From positions 448,001 to 512,000 of the forward strand of contig OY970393.1 in NCBI GenBank assembly GCA_963720465.1: a stretch of DNA of 64,000 nt, written 5' to 3'. Positions 53,538-64,000 of this stretch are shown in pieces; the first letter of the stretch is position 1; each line of letters opens with the position of its first letter. The notes beneath the pieces are model-generated. The model ran no database searches and was not told the origin of the DNA. It worked only from the letters and a program-made list of their open reading frames with translations. A program made the position numbers and the translations under genes. Source of the stretch: Methanobacteriota archaeon (GTDB lineage: Archaea; Halobacteriota; Bog-38; Methanoflorentales; Methanoflorentaceae).

Positions 53538-55052
53538 ATGGAGTTTGATTTGACAGCTCATCTTAAGTTCAGTGACGATCTCCCATTAGAAGCACAACCC
53601 GAACTACAGAAAGCGGTTGACGATGCTAACAATGCCCTTTTCATCAAAGGCGTGCCGCGTGACTCGATCAAAGAAGCAGCGAGAATAATCGAATGGCACG
53701 CGCACGCCAATGAGCTGTGCGTTAGAATCGTCAGCGGCAGGTACACACGCGCGCACGATGCGCTCTTACGCTTTAGAAAAGCCCTAGGGGCGACTATGGG
53801 AACGAAATACCGGATCGGAGTCAGAGGGTATGAGATCAACGAGTTCACCATAAAGATCGAAGTTGGAACTCCTGTGCACATTGAACTGCCGTTTGTGAAA
53901 CAGGCATCGCACGAAGGTAAACTGCTAACGCTGCGGCTCGCGGTCGGCGAACAAGAAATCGAGAAAAAAATCCCGGATCGCATAGTGAATCTCATCGAAG
54001 AGAAGATAAAGCAGCGACTTTACGGGACGAAGGTAGAGAACTGGGATCTGATCTGGGAAAGCCCGCAAAAAGACAGTCACTTTCGGCGCGACCCGACTCT
54101 TGAACTGCAGCAGCGCCAGTGGATTAAGCACGGCGTGAGCCGGGGGCAATGGATATTCGGGCCTGAAGTGACAAAAGTCTTCAATACGTTCGAGGAGATC
54201 ATCGAAAAGGAGATATTGGCGCGACTCGGCTATGCTGAGATGATATTTCCAAAAATGGTTCCTTGGGAGGTCTGGAAACGTTCTGGACATGCACGCGGCA
54301 TCTATCCGGAAATCTACTACGTTTCTGGTCCTAAAACACGCGACCCTGAATACTGGGAAGATGTGATAGATTACTACAAAGTTACGAATGAGATTCCCGT
54401 GGAGCTTATCAGACAGAAGATTGGCGACCCCATCGGGGGCATGTGCTACGCCCAATGTCCTTCGTTTTGGCCATTTATGCAAGGTGAAACGATTTCCCTG
54501 GAGTCACTTCCGATTAAGGTGTTTGATCGATCTGGCACATCACATCGCTACGAAAGCGGGGGCATCCACGGTATAGAACGGGTCGATGAGTTTCATCGGA
54601 TTGAAATCGTCTGGGTCGGCAGCCCTGAACAAGTCAACGAAGAAGCTCACAAACTTGAGAAGCGCTACGCGCGCATTTTTAACGATATATTGGATCTCGA
54701 ATGGAGAATGGCGCGCGTTACGCCATGGTTTATGGCGCAGGAAGGACTCATTGAACCTTCGGGTGAGCGTTCGGCAGGCACGATCGACTACGAAGCATAC
54801 TTGCCGTACCGGGGTGAACGAACGGGCAGCCAGTGGCTTGAGTTTCAAAATGTAAGTATAAACGGAGACAAATATCCCCGCGGTTTCAACGTAAAAACCC
54901 AAAAAGGAGAACTGTGGTCCGGGTGCTCAGGCATCGGCTTGGAAAGGTGGGCCGCCGCATTTTTTGCACAAAAAGGCCTAGATATCGAATCATGGCCACA
55001 GAAATTCGTAAAGCGCATCAAGGAGCTACCCGAGGGGATCAAGTTCCTTTGA
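53538..55052 (+). CDS. serS: Seryl-tRNA synthetase, methanogen type (SerRS2)
   Basis: SGR..RAHDA.LR N-domain, YAQC, SHRYE.GG.HGIERVDEFHRIE, WSGCSG.GLERW. Confidence 0.96.
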   Translation: MEFDLTAHLKFSDDLPLEAQPELQKAVDDANNALFIKGVPRDSIKEAARIIEWHAHANELCVRIVSGRYTRAHDALLRFRKALGATMGTKYRIGVRGYEINEFTIKIEVGTPVHIELPFVKQASHEGKLLTLRLAVGEQEIEKKIPDRIVNLIEEKIKQRLYGTKVENWDLIWESPQKDSHFRRDPTLELQQRQWIKHGVSRGQWIFGPEVTKVFNTFEEIIEKEILARLGYAEMIFPKMVPWEVWKRSGHARGIYPEIYYVSGPKTRDPEYWEDVIDYYKVTNEIPVELIRQKIGDPIGGMCYAQCPSFWPFMQGETISLESLPIKVFDRSGTSHRYESGGIHGIERVDEFHRIEIVWVGSPEQVNEEAHKLEKRYARIFNDILDLEWRMARVTPWFMAQEGLIEPSGERSAGTIDYEAYLPYRGERTGSQWLEFQNVSINGDKYPRGFNVKTQKGELWSGCSGIGLERWAAAFFAQKGLDIESWPQKFVKRIKELPEGIKFL

Positions 55053-55186
55053 GTTCCTTTGAAAAGTGATATACGGTACAATCATTTATATACGTGTAAG
55101 CTTTACAGGTTAAATCGCAGCGTGCGCCGATTGCAAGCGCTGTTGAAGTTATTGAGTGTCCTGCAGGCTGTGCAAGGAGTTTTTGG

Positions 55187-55771
55187 ATGGCGAGAAGACA
55201 GACAAGGAAGAAAGCTGAAGGCTGGAAAGCAAAGAAATGGTACGACGTAGTGACGCCTGAGATCTTTGGCAACACGAGCATCGGAACCACCCCTACCGAC
55301 GATACTTCGAAACTGGTTGGAAGAATCATGGACACGACCCTCGGCGAACTCACGAATGACATGGGAAAGCAAAACGTAAAAATGCACTTCAAGATCGACG
55401 AAGTAAGTGGTGAGTCCGCACATACTAGGTTCACGGGGCACGAACTAACGCGTGATTACCTTAGAAGCCTAGTGAAAAGGCGTACTAGTCTTGTTGAGTC
55501 AAATATCGTTGTGACGACAAAAGACGGTTACAAGATCCACCTCAAGCCAATGTCGTTTACGATAAAACGAGCAGGATCTTCTCAAATTAAGGCGATCCGT
55601 GAGATCATGAACGGTATCTTGCGGCAACGCGGAAAAGAACTTAATTATGAGCCGTTCATCCACGAAGTAGTTCTCGGAAAGCTCGCGAGCGATATCTACA
55701 AACAAGCGAAGATTATCTACCCGTTACGCCGCGTAGAAATCAGCAAGACGAAGATATTAGCCGAACCTTAA
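55187..55771 (+). CDS. rps3ae: 30S ribosomal protein eS1 (S3Ae)
   Basis: WK.KKWY, F.GHELTRDYLRSLV.RRTS, IYPLRRVEI.K. Confidence 0.97.
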   Translation: MARRQTRKKAEGWKAKKWYDVVTPEIFGNTSIGTTPTDDTSKLVGRIMDTTLGELTNDMGKQNVKMHFKIDEVSGESAHTRFTGHELTRDYLRSLVKRRTSLVESNIVVTTKDGYKIHLKPMSFTIKRAGSSQIKAIREIMNGILRQRGKELNYEPFIHEVVLGKLASDIYKQAKIIYPLRRVEISKTKILAEP

Positions 55772-55808
55772 TCATAGTGATTCAGGGGCGGCTACAAGTT
55801 TTTGCGAT

Positions 55809-57026
55809 ATGGACGTTGCTACGAAAATTTTGCTTGTCGTGCTCGACGGCGCGGCCGACCGTCCAACGGTCAATAGAAAGACGCCTTTAATGGCCGCCAG
55901 CCTTCCGTTCTTCGATCAATTAGCACGCGAAGGGATCGTAGGAATCATGGACGTTATAGCACCCGGCACACCTCCGGGTTCTGACACAGCGCATCTCTCA
56001 TTGCTTGGTTACTCGCCGAAAGAAGTATACACTGGACGCGGGCCGTTCGAGGCAGCAGGAGTCGGAATTGACGTCAAACCCGGCGACATTGCCTTCCGCG
56101 GCAATTTTGCCACGGTCAAAGACGGCAAAGTCATCGACCGACGCGCGGGTCGTATCAGCGATACCCACCGGCTGGCAGAAGCGATCAGGGAGCACGTTCA
56201 CCTTGACTGCGAGTTCATTTTTAAGGAGTCAGCAGGACATAGAGCGGCTCTTGTTCTGCGAGGGCAAGACCTCAGTCCGAGCATTACGCCGACTGACCCG
56301 CATCACATCGGAGCGCTTTTGCCGTCACAACCTATGACGTGCGGCCCTTCGCCACAAAAAACAGCAAAGCTCGTTAATGATTTCACCCGCCAAGTGTGTG
56401 CGATCCTGAGTGATCATCCGGCGAATAAAAAACGGATCGAAGCGGGCGAGCTTCCAGCAAACGCAATCCTACTTCGCGGAGCAGGCGCCGTTCCGCACCT
56501 GATCCCATTTGAAGAACGCATGGGTCTTAATGCCGCTGTGATCGCGGCGACCGCATTGGTAATCGGGATTGGCAAACTTACTGGCATGGAATACGTGCCG
56601 ACTGCAGGCGCAACAGGGCACATTGACTCAAATATCGACGCAAAAGTGAAGAACGTCAACAGAGCGTTGAAGACTCACGCGTTTGTACTGCTCAATATAA
56701 AAGGCGCAGATGAAGCCGGCCATGATGGTGATTTCAATACCAAAGCGCACTTCTTGACTCGAGTCGATGCCGCGATGTCAGAGCTGGCAATTGATGAATC
56801 TACACTTGTCGTCATTACTGCAGATCACACAACGCCGGTGAGCCTCAGAGAACACTCGGGGGACCCAGTTCCGTTCCTAATACACGGAAAAGGAGTTCGA
56901 ACTGATGAGATTAACGTATTTGACGAGTTTTTTGCAGCCCTGGGAGGCATGAATCGTATCCGCGGGGTTGACTTGGTTCCAGTGCTGATAGATCTCGTAG
57001 GCAAAGGCCAGAAATTCGGTGCGTGA
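55809..57026 (+). CDS. apgM: 2,3-bisphosphoglycerate-independent phosphoglycerate mutase
   Basis: [40 protein letters not shown]. Confidence 0.96.
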   Translation: MDVATKILLVVLDGAADRPTVNRKTPLMAASLPFFDQLAREGIVGIMDVIAPGTPPGSDTAHLSLLGYSPKEVYTGRGPFEAAGVGIDVKPGDIAFRGNFATVKDGKVIDRRAGRISDTHRLAEAIREHVHLDCEFIFKESAGHRAALVLRGQDLSPSITPTDPHHIGALLPSQPMTCGPSPQKTAKLVNDFTRQVCAILSDHPANKKRIEAGELPANAILLRGAGAVPHLIPFEERMGLNAAVIAATALVIGIGKLTGMEYVPTAGATGHIDSNIDAKVKNVNRALKTHAFVLLNIKGADEAGHDGDFNTKAHFLTRVDAAMSELAIDESTLVVITADHTTPVSLREHSGDPVPFLIHGKGVRTDEINVFDEFFAALGGMNRIRGVDLVPVLIDLVGKGQKFGA

Positions 57027-57194
57027 CTTTCATCAAAAAACACGCAGTTGCGTTTCGGGAGCACCGGTTGGCGAATTAAGCCATCACCACACCTCTTCGT
57101 GGCGTCGCGTCACACTTTCAGTACTCAATGGTCGACGACAAGAAATTAAAGCAAGAGCGCCAAAAAGCGATTGTCGAAAACTGTGGAGCGAAAA

Positions 57195-58538
57195 ATGTCA
57201 GTTCATCCGATTGAATTTCGTTACGGCACCAATGAGATGAAAGCGATATGGAGCCAAGAGCGTAAGCTCCACTATTTACTCCGCGTGGAAGTCGCGCTTG
57301 CGAAAGCGGAAGCCGAGCTCGGAGTTATACCTAGAGAGGCAGCGGATCAAATCGAAGAAGCTGCGGGACAGATTACGCTAGTACGCGTCGCAGAAATCGA
57401 AGAAGAAATCCATCACGACATGATGGCCGCCGTCGAGGCCATTGCCGAAAAAATTCACGCGGAAGCTGATTATGTGCACTACGGGGCGACGTCCAATGAT
57501 ATCATTGACACCGCTCTGGCCTTACAGCTACGCGATTCGTGTAAAATCCTCAAGTCGAAACTTATTCGACTCAGAAACGTTTTGGTAAATCTCGCTGACG
57601 AAAATAAGGATAGAGTGTGCGCCGCCAGAACTCACGGGCAAATTGCTGTGCCGACAACGTACGGTCTGCGGTTCGCCGTCTGGGCGATGGAAATACATCG
57701 GCATTTACAACGGCTTTCTGAAACGCGCAGTCGGATCGAAGTTGGCCAGATGACGGGAGCTGTCGGCACCCAAGCGGCCTTTGGCAAGCAGGCTTTCGAG
57801 ATTCAAGCGCAGACGTTGAAATTGTTAGGATTGCAGTCCGTTGAAGTATCGACACAAGTCATACAACGAGATCGTCACGCGGAATACGTAATGCTGCTCG
57901 CTAACATCGCTACGTCCCTCGAGAAGATATTTACAGAAATCAGAACACTGCAACGAAGCGAAATAGCTGAAGTCTCTGAAGGGTTCGGCAAAGCACAAGT
58001 TGGATCCTCAACCATGCCGCACAAGCGAAATCCGATCAAGTCAGAACAAATCTGCGGCTTAGCCCGCGTCGTCCGATCGTTCGTTATGCCAGGACTAGAA
58101 AACAACACGCTCTGGGACGAGAGAGACCTCACAAATTCTTCCTGTGAGCGCATCATCTTTCCTGAGGCAACTATTCTGAGTGATCACATTGTGACGCTCT
58201 CGATCAACGTTTTAGGAAATCTGAAGTTCAACGAGCAGAACATCAGACGCAATCTCAATCTTATGAAGGGACTGAACATGAGCGAGGCCGTGATGATGCA
58301 CCTCGCAAAGAAGATCGGAAGACAACGCGCGCACGGAATCATACGCTCAGCAGCAATGAACGCCTACGAGAGCGGCGATACCATTTCAGAAGCATTGCTC
58401 AAAGAGCCATTGCTCGCCGAACACCTCACGAAAGAACAACTCGAGTGGATGGTGCGTCCCGAGAACTACGTGGGGACGGCTCCTCAACAAGTAGAGCGCG
58501 TCGTGATGCTTCTGAGGCAGGACGAGTGTCTGGAATAG
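57195..58538 (+). CDS. purB: Adenylosuccinate lyase
   Basis: HYGATSNDI.D, RTHGQ.A.PTT.G, GSSTMPHKRNP, ERDLTNS. Confidence 0.97.
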   Translation: MSVHPIEFRYGTNEMKAIWSQERKLHYLLRVEVALAKAEAELGVIPREAADQIEEAAGQITLVRVAEIEEEIHHDMMAAVEAIAEKIHAEADYVHYGATSNDIIDTALALQLRDSCKILKSKLIRLRNVLVNLADENKDRVCAARTHGQIAVPTTYGLRFAVWAMEIHRHLQRLSETRSRIEVGQMTGAVGTQAAFGKQAFEIQAQTLKLLGLQSVEVSTQVIQRDRHAEYVMLLANIATSLEKIFTEIRTLQRSEIAEVSEGFGKAQVGSSTMPHKRNPIKSEQICGLARVVRSFVMPGLENNTLWDERDLTNSSCERIIFPEATILSDHIVTLSINVLGNLKFNEQNIRRNLNLMKGLNMSEAVMMHLAKKIGRQRAHGIIRSAAMNAYESGDTISEALLKEPLLAEHLTKEQLEWMVRPENYVGTAPQQVERVVMLLRQDECLE

Positions 58539-59842
58539 TCGGAGCTGTTGGACTGAGAGCTTTCCAGGCTGTGCGGTCGATGCACCAAGTCCTGATGCAC
58601 CGGGGAGACGTGCGCCGCTGTTCCCAAGGGAAATTGTCGAATGATACAGAATACGCCGTGAGTGCGTTGGGCGATGCGCAATTCAGTGCGAGTTCTGGCA
58701 GCAGTGGTCTGTCAATAACAGTTTCAGACAGGTACCACTCAAGTTACGCCCAAGCGCGCATTGTTGATTCGCGCGTACTACTGCTAGACAGGGACTGGAT
58801 AGGTTCGCGACCGTTATTCTACGGATCAAACCTGACTGGCTCGCTATGCGCATTCGCTTCTGAACGCAAGGCTCTCTGGTCCGTCGGAATCAACCGCGCC
58901 CAACGGGTCGACCCAGGAACTATGGTGGCGATTCACGGACCGCGCAGCATTACGTTTGACACGCATACCCTTAAGCAGTCAAGCAGGAACCACGCAACCT
59001 ATGACGAATCGCGTGTGGTAAACGACCTTAGCGAACTTCTCAAGTCCGTGATGAATGAACTCGCCGATGAACAAATGGGCGTCGCGTTCTCGGGCGGAGT
59101 CGACAGCTCCTTGCTCTGTGCGATCATAGAGAATAACGCGAACAACCTGTACTTCGCTGCAGGATTGCCCGAATCGCACGATCTGAAGAGCGCACAGCAG
59201 GCGGCCCGCCTGATGCGAATCGACCTCCAGGTCATTCCCCTTGACGCCTGCCGCGTCGAAATGCTAATTCCTCGCGTTATTGAAACTATAGAGAGTTGCA
59301 ATCCGCTCGATCTCGCGATCGCTCTCCCGATGTACGTTCTTTCTGAGCAAACAAAAGCAGCGGGCTTGAAGTCTATTCTGACCGGGCAAGGAGCAGATGA
59401 GCTCTTTGCAGGCTATTCGAGATATGCAAGACTCGCTGCTACAAATCACAAAGGGCTGCGCGACGCGCTCGAAAGTGACGTACTGAATATCGCGAGGAAC
59501 AACCTCGAACGAGACAACTTGACTGCCGCGTCACACTCGATAGATGTCATTTTGCCGTATCTAGACCCGCGGGTAGTGAAGTTTGGATTGACGATTGACG
59601 GCACGCTGAAACTCAGCCGTGGGATCAACAAGTATATCTTGCGAAAAGTGGCTGAGCAGCTAATGCCTCACGAATTGGCGTACAGACCGAAAAAAGCGCT
59701 CCAGTACGGGACAGGGGTAAGTACAGTGTTGCGGAAACTCGCACGAAAAAACCTCCCTTGCGACAGGCGCAACAGTAAAGGCGCCGTAGGAATTTATTTG
59801 CGATCAGTAGCTGAAAAACGCGATATCGCGGTGGCAGAATGA
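58526..59842 (+). CDS. asnB: Asparagine synthetase B-like protein with a divergent Ntn domain
   Basis: MSGIVG start, RD.IG.RPLFY, FSGGVDS, TGQGADELF.GY, R.KKA.QYG. Confidence 0.88.
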   Translation: MSGIVGAVGLRAFQAVRSMHQVLMHRGDVRRCSQGKLSNDTEYAVSALGDAQFSASSGSSGLSITVSDRYHSSYAQARIVDSRVLLLDRDWIGSRPLFYGSNLTGSLCAFASERKALWSVGINRAQRVDPGTMVAIHGPRSITFDTHTLKQSSRNHATYDESRVVNDLSELLKSVMNELADEQMGVAFSGGVDSSLLCAIIENNANNLYFAAGLPESHDLKSAQQAARLMRIDLQVIPLDACRVEMLIPRVIETIESCNPLDLAIALPMYVLSEQTKAAGLKSILTGQGADELFAGYSRYARLAATNHKGLRDALESDVLNIARNNLERDNLTAASHSIDVILPYLDPRVVKFGLTIDGTLKLSRGINKYILRKVAEQLMPHELAYRPKKALQYGTGVSTVLRKLARKNLPCDRRNSKGAVGIYLRSVAEKRDIAVAE

Positions 59843-60105
59843 TAACTAAGACTGACGTTGAACAAATAGCACGGCTCGCGTGTATCGAGCTTGACGAAGA
59901 AGATATGCAAGCGTTCACGATTCAGTTCAATGCTATACTGGAGTACTTTGAAGAACTAGAAGACATTGAAGCGGAGCTGACTGAAGAAGAAGAGCGCAAT
60001 GTACTGCGTGCAGACGAGGTTACGGCGAGCCTAACGCAACAAGAGGCTCTTGCGAACGCACGAAGAGTCGAAAACGGCTATTTCAGGGGCCCGCGGATAC
60101 TATGA
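59839..60105 (+). CDS. gatC: Asp/Glu-tRNA amidotransferase subunit C
   Basis: IARLA, IL.YF..L, LRADEV, AL.NA...GYF..PRI. Confidence 0.95.
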   Translation: MITKTDVEQIARLACIELDEEDMQAFTIQFNAILEYFEELEDIEAELTEEEERNVLRADEVTASLTQQEALANARRVENGYFRGPRIL

Positions 60106-61475
60106 GCCACCGAGAACACGTTGGAGAGTCACTTGACGCTATCCGACGAAGCAAACTCAACGCATTTATCACTGTCGATTACGAAGGTGCGCGACGACAA
60201 GCTGAAGAAGCTGATGCGGGCGAACTTGATGGGCGGCTGGCTGGCATCCCGATCGCGATTAAAGACGCCATTTCAACAAAAGGGCTACGAACCACGTGCG
60301 CCTCGAAGATGTTGGAAGATTACGTTCCCCCATACGACGCGTTTGTTGTCAAAAAACTGCGCGAAGAAGGTGCTGTCATAATTGGCAAAACGAACATGGA
60401 CGAATTTTCGATGGGCGCCTCGACAGAAACCAGCTTCTTCGGGCCGTGCAAGAATCCTTGGGACCTCGATCGCGTGCCAGGCGGCTCTTCTGGGGGCAGT
60501 GCTGCCGCCGTGGCGGCACAGGAGGCCGATCTTGCGTTAGGTTCTGATACTGGGGGTTCGATTCGATGCCCTGCGTCCTTTTGCGGAGTGGTCGGCTTAA
60601 AGCCCACCTATGGCAGAGTGTCACGCAGCGGCCTTGTTTCTTACGGCAATTCAATGGAACAGATCGGACCCATCGCACGAACCGTCGAAGCCTGTGCGGC
60701 GCTCTTTGAGGTCATCGCTGGCTACGATCCTTGGGACAGCACTTCTCGCGATGCGCCGGTGCCGCACTACGTCGCCAGACTCGCGGACGAAATAGCTGGT
60801 TTAGAGGTTGGCGTGCCACAGGATTTTTTTGGTGAAGGCGTTGATCCTGTCGTGGAAGACGCTACGTGGGATGCAATAGCGGTACTTGAAAGTCTTGGCG
60901 TGCACGCTAAGGAGACGTCGATGCCGAATCTCAAGTACGCGCTTTCAGCCTACTACATCCAAGCGATGTCGGAAGCATCGTCTAACCTTGCTCGGTACTC
61001 TGGAATCATCTACGGAACTCGAGTCCAAAAAGACCACGATTGGCACACGACATTCTCGGAGAACCGCGCGTCAGGATTTGGCAAAGAGGTCAAACGACGT
61101 ATACTGCTCGGTACATATGCGCTCTCGGCAGGATACTACGACAAGTACTACCTGAAAGCGCGCAAAGCGAGGGCCTTGATAAGTCGAGATTTTCAGAGGG
61201 TTTTCAAGCAATTTGACGCGCTCATTGCACCAACGATGCCGTTCACTGCGTTTAAGATCGGCGAAAAAATCGAAGATCCTCTGTCGCTATACAAGGTCGA
61301 TATTAACACGGTTCCAATTAATCTGGCGAACGTGCCATCTCTATCTGTTCCGTGCGGGCGAAAAGGGCACTTGCCCATCGGGATGCAAATTATCGGTGAT
61401 CAATTCAACGAACAACTCCTGTTCAACATCGCGTTTCAATTCGAGCAAAACACGAACAATAAGCACGCTGTGTGA
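60102..61475 (+). CDS. gatA: Asp/Glu-tRNA amidotransferase subunit A
   Basis: GKTNMDEF, PGGSSGGS, GSDTGGSIR, EVKRRI.LGT..LS.GY. Confidence 0.98.
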   Translation: MSHREHVGESLDAIRRSKLNAFITVDYEGARRQAEEADAGELDGRLAGIPIAIKDAISTKGLRTTCASKMLEDYVPPYDAFVVKKLREEGAVIIGKTNMDEFSMGASTETSFFGPCKNPWDLDRVPGGSSGGSAAAVAAQEADLALGSDTGGSIRCPASFCGVVGLKPTYGRVSRSGLVSYGNSMEQIGPIARTVEACAALFEVIAGYDPWDSTSRDAPVPHYVARLADEIAGLEVGVPQDFFGEGVDPVVEDATWDAIAVLESLGVHAKETSMPNLKYALSAYYIQAMSEASSNLARYSGIIYGTRVQKDHDWHTTFSENRASGFGKEVKRRILLGTYALSAGYYDKYYLKARKARALISRDFQRVFKQFDALIAPTMPFTAFKIGEKIEDPLSLYKVDINTVPINLANVPSLSVPCGRKGHLPIGMQIIGDQFNEQLLFNIAFQFEQNTNNKHAV

Positions 61476-61696
61476 CTAAGGCGATGACGGCTCTGAGTTT
61501 CTTTATATAAGCTTGCGCGCCTCGTGTTCGTCATGGTGCCGGACCTCGCGGCAGCGTCTCCTTGATGGATCGTACGGATATCGGTGTATTCCGGCTAGCA
61601 CCGAAATCCTCTCAAAAGGGTCAATAAGCCTCTGAGTCACGTTTTCTGAATCAATTATATCTAGGCCGAACCGCATATCGTTTGGTGGTGCGACGC

Positions 61697-62059
61697 ATGG
61701 CTGAACCAAAAGACTTAATTCGTAAATTCGAATACGCAGAGAAATTGAAGTCCGAAGTATCAATTGCAAATCAATTGCTTGAAAAGCTTATTGGACTCAA
61801 GGATGATGAATTGATTGGCGGTCAGAAGGTTGTTGAGGCCTATTTGAATTCACTAATGATGGAAATAAAACTTGCCCAGAACGTGCTCGGCTCAAAAGCG
61901 ATCTTCGCACGAACCAATCGTAAACTCACAGAAGCGATAGGACGAATTAATCTTAGAGAGTATGATGAGGCGCGACTATGTTTCAGCGAAGCGCTTACGG
62001 ACGTTACCACAAGCTGCGCTGAATCGTTTGAAGCGTTGGCCAAACTTAAGCTGATGTAA
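61697..62059 (+). CDS. Conserved hypothetical helical protein
   Basis: GGTGGTG SD; 120-aa helical ORF. Confidence 0.7.
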   Translation: MAEPKDLIRKFEYAEKLKSEVSIANQLLEKLIGLKDDELIGGQKVVEAYLNSLMMEIKLAQNVLGSKAIFARTNRKLTEAIGRINLREYDEARLCFSEALTDVTTSCAESFEALAKLKLM

Positions 62060-62150
62060 AACGGCAGAGTCATAAAACGCGGCAGGCGATCGACAAATGG
62101 AACACACGCCAGCGTATTTCCCCAATCCTCAAAACTCGTCGTAAGATTTT

Positions 62151-63458
62151 TCAGGTCTTGCTGCGTCGCGGCGCGCGATCGATCGGCTGCGAGAAGCGTT
62201 GCTGCAAAGGAATTGACGGCAAGTGCACTTGAGGCTCTCGCACTTGCGCGAAGACATTGAAGTACCTGCGGGCAATTTGATCCCACGTAAGGGCCCGTCC
62301 GTATGCGTGCACTCGATGGCTTAGGGTCTTCCGAAGCTCCGCGTCAGCGATGAGGAGGTTGATTTTCTCAGCGATGTCCTCAGGATCGCCAAATTCAACA
62401 AACAAGCCTCTGCCGTTTGACAGGGCTTCAGTGGCGTGTGCAAACTTCGTTGCGACGATACTCCTCCCGCACCCTATCGCCTGGGACAAGACTCCGCTCG
62501 ATATCTGATCCGGATTCATGTTTGTTACGGCGCAGACGTCGGTGGCCAGAAAGTGTCTAATCATATCTTTGTTCGAGAGGTAGCGTTCAACGAATCTCAC
62601 GTTCCGCGACAGGCCAAGCTCCTTCACAAGGCCTTCGATTTTTTCTTTATGTAGCTCACGCACCTTTCGATCGAGCGCGGGATGATGCTCTCCAACGACC
62701 ATGTAGGTGATGTCCTTACGCGGATTCGCCTCAATAATTGACGGCAGCGCTTGGATAACATACTCAATGCCCTTATCTGGATTGATTAAGCCGTAGCTCG
62801 CTATTACGAACTTTCCGGCCAATCCCAGACCTCGCTTCGCGAACTCTGTGTCAACAAGATTAGGTACTTGCGGCACGCCGTGCGGCACCATAGTGAGCTG
62901 GGTTTTACCCAATCCAAACTTGTTCTGTAACAGGTCAATACCTGCGTTTGCAGAAACAACGACTCTGTCTGAAAGCGCGTATATGTCCCTGACGACTTCT
63001 CTCATACGGGATGGGGGGTTCGGTAAAACGGTGTGAAAAGTTGTGACAATCGGCTTTCTGACCCTCCGCATGAATTCCAGAATGTAGCAGCCAAAATCGC
63101 CTTTATATAGCCCAAACTCGTGCTGAATATTGATGACGTCAATTTTTGAGTCGTTGATGCGTTTCGCAGCCGCAATATAGCTTTCAACATTACAGTCTTT
63201 GATGACGTTGAACGTTTTGGACGCAAAGCGTTTGCTGCGAACAAACTCCTTTTTACCCAGTTGCGCCGCCTGGGCCCTGAGTGACACGTTACTTAAAAAG
63301 AGCTTCTTGCACTCTTGGATGACACTCACATTCCAGACTACGTTGTCAGAGATGTTAGATAAGCTGGCGGTGAGGTCGTGAGTAAACGTAGCGATTCCGC
63401 ATTCCCGTGGGGGAAATGAACTCACAAAGTTTACATTCAGTGGTTTGGGAGTTAATAT
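62151..63458 (-). CDS. GT4 glycosyltransferase (PPRECGIAT subfamily; probable ATA start)
   Basis: LNVNFVSSFPPRECGIATF, IQHEFGLY, VPHG, KGIEY, SGVLSQAIGCG; close paralog of 27648..28913. Confidence 0.92.
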   Translation of the reverse strand: MLTPKPLNVNFVSSFPPRECGIATFTHDLTASLSNISDNVVWNVSVIQECKKLFLSNVSLRAQAAQLGKKEFVRSKRFASKTFNVIKDCNVESYIAAAKRINDSKIDVINIQHEFGLYKGDFGCYILEFMRRVRKPIVTTFHTVLPNPPSRMREVVRDIYALSDRVVVSANAGIDLLQNKFGLGKTQLTMVPHGVPQVPNLVDTEFAKRGLGLAGKFVIASYGLINPDKGIEYVIQALPSIIEANPRKDITYMVVGEHHPALDRKVRELHKEKIEGLVKELGLSRNVRFVERYLSNKDMIRHFLATDVCAVTNMNPDQISSGVLSQAIGCGRSIVATKFAHATEALSNGRGLFVEFGDPEDIAEKINLLIADAELRKTLSHRVHAYGRALTWDQIARRYFNVFAQVREPQVHLPSIPLQQRFSQPIDRAPRRSKT

Positions 63459-63706
63459 TCAATCATCTCCTACAACATATACGCGTAGCACACACAAAAA
63501 CTTATGCGTAGCTGACTCTAAACGCGATTTTTTTTGTTATTAATCGCGCTATGCGCGGCAAGGGACTGGCTGATCGGGTTTGTGTCTAGCAGGGTTTTAA
63601 AGGCGAACTGCGGGCTGTTTGTCAAACTAATTGCTCTTAATAGAGTTAGCAGCTTAACCGATACTAATTAATAGAATCCGCACAAATGTATGGACGGTGA
63701 TACCCG

Positions 63707-63940
63707 ATGGCCGACGAGAAAAAGGAAGAGTACAAGTTTAAAAAGGACATGAAGACGGGAACTCTGAACGCCCCTGACACCGATGCCTATAACGCGGACT
63801 ACGAGCACGAACAAGACATGGACAAGGTCAAAAAGCTTGAAGTGTGTGACCTCGGCCCTGATACAGAAGGCATCTGCGAGCCAGAAGAGAAAAAACCCGA
63901 ACACGTCTTCGTTTCTGAAGACAAAAAGAAGAAAGAATAG
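63707..63940 (+). CDS. Small highly charged hypothetical protein
   Basis: GGTGA SD 6 nt before ATG; 77 aa, K/E/D-rich. Confidence 0.65.
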   Translation: MADEKKEEYKFKKDMKTGTLNAPDTDAYNADYEHEQDMDKVKKLEVCDLGPDTEGICEPEEKKPEHVFVSEDKKKKE

Positions 63941-64000
63941 CATTGTTGACGCGGCTGGCGCTTTCCGCGGGCTTGCCGTCTACACCGTCATCTCTTTTTA

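Overview
Archaeal chromosomal window, most likely from a methanogen-related Halobacteriota/Methanomicrobia-like lineage. Evidence: methanogen-type SerRS, Fae-Hps fusion, HMf-type histone, the ftsZ-secE-spt5-uL11-uL1-uL10-P1 cluster, eS1 and an initiator tRNA with A1-U72. About 1-4.6 kb is amtB-glnK, Lsm, a lipoprotein and acsA. About 4.7-23.5 kb is an accessory/decaying region. It contains an HTH-TerS-TerL(ATPase only)-ΨC5-methyltransferase virus-derived module, a second member of the same unusual HTH family, a broken HerA-type ATPase, two Hsp20s, two fasciclins, a pentapeptide-repeat protein, small proteins and gene fragments. About 24-64 kb is mostly housekeeping plus four GT4 glycosyltransferases, a sugar-nucleotide cluster and a deleted iorA-iorB pseudogene. 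The most notable signals are: (i) several genes whose conserved N-termini can only be reached from CTG/ACG/ATA codons placed 4-5 nt behind a Shine-Dalgarno; (ii) an intact nuclease-less terminase pair beside decayed neighbours; (iii) a SecE with a long sequon-rich tail; (iv) a uL1-type operator hairpin. All family assignments come from motif recognition by eye; no database search was run.
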